Assembly (NCBI GenBank): GCA_963790365.1
Contig: CAWBOU010000016.1
Coordinates: forward strand, 141,783 to 205,782
Length of the DNA stretch: 64,000 bases
Source: an uncultured delta proteobacterium
GTDB taxonomy: Bacteria; Desulfobacterota; Binatia; JACPRU01
Direction of reading: 5' to 3'
Each line of letters starts with the position of its first letter. Positions within the stretch are counted from its first letter, which is position 1. Shown piece by piece: positions 61,050 to 64,000 of this stretch. Position numbers and translations under genes: made by a program. Below the pieces are notes generated by a model. It was not told the DNA's origin. It saw nothing but the letters and a program-made list of their open reading frames with translations, and made no database searches.

Positions 61050-63864
61050 ATGACGACCCCGCACCGTAAGCGCTACGTCCCGGCCGTCGGCCCGCGGCCT
61101 GAAGAAGCTGCTGTTCGTGGTCTTCGGCCTGTTCGCGCTGCTCGCGGTCAACGCCGTCTACCTCTCGAGCGATCACGGTCCTCGAGTCGGTGACGGGGCT
61201 CGTCTACCAGAACTAGTTTTACCAATACATGTTCCTGGTCCACCTCGTGCTCGGCGCGGCGATCGTGGTGCCGGTCGTGGTGTTCGGCGTCGATCCACAT
61301 CCGAAACGCCCGCAACCGTCCCAACCGCCGGGCGGTGCGCGTCGGCTACGCGCTGTTCGGCGACGAGCCTCGTCCTGCTCGTCAGCGGCATCGTGCTCAC
61401 GCGCCTCGAGGGTGTCGTTCGAGGTCCGCGATCCGAACGTGCGCAGCGTCGCCTACTGGGCGCACGTCGTCGACGCCGTTCGCGGTCGCTGGCTCTTCGT
61501 CCTCCACCGCCTCGCCGGCCGGCGATCAAGTGGAAGGTCGGCGGAGCCTGGGCGTCGGTCGCCGCGGGCTTCGCCGTCCTGATGGTCGCCTTCCAGTCGC
61601 AGGATCCGCGGCAGTGGAACGTCGTCGGCCCCGACTCCGGCGAGAAGTACTTCTTCCCGTCGCTCGCGCGCACGGCGACCGGCAACTTCATCCCGGCGAG
61701 GGCGCTGATGGACGACGACTACTGCAAGAGTGCCACGCCGACGTCCACGAGCGGCTGGGCCCACAGCGTGCACCGCTTCAGCTCGTTCAACAACCCGGCC
61801 TACCTGTTCTCGGTGCGCGAGACGCGCAAGGTGTCGCTCGAGCGCGACGGCAACGTGCAGGCCTCGCGCTGGTGCGCCGGCTGCCACGACCCGGTGCCGT
61901 TCTTCAGCGGCGCGTTCGACGACCCGAACTTCGACGACGTCAACCATCCGACGGCGCAGGCCGGCATCACCTGCACGGTCTGCCACGCGATCACGCACGT
62001 CAACAGCACGCGCGGCAACGCCGACTACACGATCGAGGAGCCGGTCGCACTACCCGTTCGCCTACAGCGACAACCCGGTGCTGCAGTGGGTCAACAACCA
62101 GCTCGTCAAGGCCAAGCCCGAGTTCCACAAGAAGACGTTCCTCAAGCCGTTCCACAAGACGGCCGAGTTCTGCTCCACCTGCCACAAGGTGCACCTGCCG
62201 GTGGAGCTGAACCACTACAAGTTCCTCCGCGGCCAGAACCACTACGACACGTACCTGCTGTCGCGGCGTCTCCGGGCCACGGCGTGCAGAGCTTCTACTA
62301 CCCGCCGAAGGCGAAGCCGAACTGCAACGGCTGCCACATGCCGCTGCAGGCCTCGCGACGACTTCGGCGCGAAGTTCTTCGACGACTCGACGGCAGCTCA
62401 AGATCCACAACCACCTGTTCCCGGCCGCGAACACGGCGATCCCGAAGCTGCTCGAGCATGCCCGACGTGGGTGATCGACGCGCATCGCAGAAGTTCCTCG
62501 AAGGGGTGATGCGCGTCGACCTGTTCGGCGTTCGCGAGGGCGGCGACGATCGACGGCGCGCTGATCGCGCCGCTGCGGCCCGAGGTGCCGACGCTGGAGC
62601 CCGGCAAGAGCGTACCTGCTCGAAACGGTGATCCGCACGGTGAAGATGGGCCACCCGTTCACGCAGGGCACGGCCGACTCGAACGAGGTCTGGCTCGACG
62701 TGACCGTCACGAGCGGCGACCGCGTGATCGGCCGCAGCGGCGGCCTGGGACGGCGACGGCGAGGTCGATCCCTGGTCGCACTTCGTCAACGTCTACATGC
62801 TCGACCGCGACGGCAACCGCATCGACCGCCGCAACCCGCAGGACATCTTCATGCCGCTCTACAACCACCAGATCCCGCCCGGCGCGGCCGACGTCGTCCA
62901 CTACGGTTGCAGGTGCCGCCCGACGTCACCGAGCCGATCACGTCGAGGTCAAAGCTGCAGTACCGCAAGTTCGACACGATGTACATGAAGCTCGTCTACG
63001 GGCCCGGACTATGTCGAACGACCTGCCCGTGACGACTCTCGCGACCGACCAGGTCACCTTCCCCGTCGGCGGGTTCGACGGCGGCGGTGACGAATCCGCC
63101 GTCGCCGATCGATCCCGCTTGGCAGCGCTGGAACGACTACGGCATCGGCCTCTTCCGCAAGGGCAACACCGGCTCTTCAAGGGCGAGCTGCGTCAGGCGG
63201 AGCAGGCGTTCCTCGAGGTCGAGCGCTCGGTCGGCCCGACGGGCCGCTGAATCTGGCGCGTGTGTATATCAACGAGGGCCGTCTCGACGACGCGGTGGCG
63301 GCGCTGAAGGCCGCGGCCGAGCACAATCCCGCCCGCGCCTCCCTGGTCGGTCGCGTGGTTCACCGGGCTCGTCAACAAGCAGAACGGCTTCCTCGACGAG
63401 GCGATCGCAGACTTCACGAAGCTCGTGGGACAAATTCACCGACGCGGGTCCGCGCGGCTTCGATTTCAGCCAGCGACTACAAGCTGCTCAACGAGCTCGG
63501 CCAGACGCTGTTCGAGCGCGCGAAGCACGAACGCGGCGACGCCAAGCGCGCCGAGCGAGATCGGTACCTCGCGGAGTCGCAGCGCTTCTTCGAGCGAACG
63601 CTCGCGATCGATTCCGAGAACGCGACGGCGCACTACAATCTCGGATTCTTGTTCGAGCTCGGGCGATCAGAAGAAGGCGGACCAACACCGCCAGCTCTAC
63701 GCGAAGTACCGCCCGGACGACAACGCGCGCGATCGTGCGATCGCCGTTCACCGGCGCGCGAATCCGGCGGCGAACCACGCGGCCGAGGCGATCGTGATCT
63801 ACGATCTGCACGCGGAGGGGCATTCGAGCTCGCCGCTACGCCAATGCGGGTTGCGCGGCGATGA
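61050..63864 (+). pseudogene. Membrane-anchored multihaem c-type cytochrome fused to C-terminal TPR; heavily frameshifted
   Basis: ATG 61050 gives MTTPHRKRYVPAVGPR.KKLLFVVFGLFALLAVNAVYL. Homology is then spread over all three + frames (tracks 61117.., 61229.., 61335.., 61730.., 62585.., 62628.., 63087.., 63262..). There are five CXXCH motifs: 61723-61736 (interrupted by a 1-nt deletion), CAGCH 61873-61887, CTVCH 61972-61986, CSTCH 62171-62185 and CNGCH 62323-62337. The TPR-like C-terminus reads 'LNLARVYINEGRLDDAVAALKAAAEHNP' and 'NATAHYNLGFLFEL'. The stop is at 63862-63864. Confidence 0.7.
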
Positions 63865-64000
63865 GCGATCTCGGACCCGAGCGCAAACCCGCTCCCGAGG
63901 AGCCGGTCGAAGACGAGTTCGTCCCGGTCGACGACGCCGTCATCGGCGCGCGTTCCGCTGGTCGGTCGTTGCCGTCGTCGTCATCGCGGTCGTCGGCGCC
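63861..64000 (+). CDS. Start of a further gene (unknown; possibly another membrane-anchored envelope protein), runs off the window
   Basis: The ATG at 63861 overlaps the upstream stop (ATGA) and reads MSDLGPERKPAPEEPVEDEFVPVDDAVIG. A TM-like 'AFRWSVVAVVVIAVVGA' follows in a different frame, implying another frameshift near 63945. Confidence 0.4.
   Translation, partial: MSDLGPERKPAPEEPVEDEFVPVDDAVIGARSAGRSLPSSSSRSSA

Noticed and set aside
1-64000. A search for CRISPR arrays, tRNA/rRNA genes, transposases, integrases, phage or toxin-antitoxin/defence genes.
   Set aside because: I saw no regularly spaced short repeats, no tRNA-like cloverleaf regions in the few intergenic gaps, and no recombinase, nuclease or defence motifs in any accepted frame.

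Overview
This is a very GC-rich 64-kb chromosomal window. Codon third positions are almost all G/C, so every frame carries long spurious Arg/Ala/Pro-rich ORFs. I accepted only frames with recognisable motifs or sensible hydrophobic and charged patterning. I saw no rRNA, tRNA, CRISPR array, transposase, integrase or phage gene. The gene repertoire (HTTM, CRTAC1/FG-GAP, TPR fusions, PQQ dehydrogenase) suggests a Myxococcota-like or similar high-GC environmental bacterium, but the taxon cannot be fixed from sequence alone.

Layout:
(i) 1-12.2 kb holds general and envelope genes: Yip1, a CNNM/TlyC protein, a long acyl-CoA dehydrogenase, a GH-GT2 fusion, an MsbA-type ABC exporter, a CgeB-like GT, riboflavin synthase, a Zn-ribbon protein and a rhomboid.
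(ii) 12.2-21.1 kb holds a translationally coupled 4-gene operon with two alkaline-phosphatase-superfamily paralogues. It also holds a full-length HTTM (vitamin-K-carboxylase-like) protein and a PQQ dehydrogenase with its dihaem cytochrome c.
(iii) 21-61 kb is a paralogue-dense envelope island. It contains four lipoprotein sulfatase-like-TPR fusions, whose catalytic motif is Thr/His (NPP-like) rather than Cys-x-Pro-x-Arg. It contains a tandem triplet of unknown secreted proteins, and two copies of a small-TM-protein plus truncated-HTTM-protein module that I read as SdpA/SdpB-like. It also has two STN-like proteins with charged tails, five CRTAC1-type FG-GAP/ASPIC proteins, three GT-C-type membrane proteins (GT39, TMTC-like and one unassigned), a haem-oxygenase-like di-iron protein overlapping a PaaK-like ligase, and a LytS/LytTR two-component pair.
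(iv) 61-64 kb holds a TM-multihaem cytochrome-TPR gene.

Frameshifts are strikingly bimodal. They are dense in 2.05-8.4 kb and 61.05-64 kb, and absent in the ~52 kb between.

The best candidates for something undescribed are the secreted triplet (30.4-32.4 kb) and the duplicated SdpAB-like modules (33.0-36.0 kb and 42.6-43.9 kb). All functional links between genes are inference.
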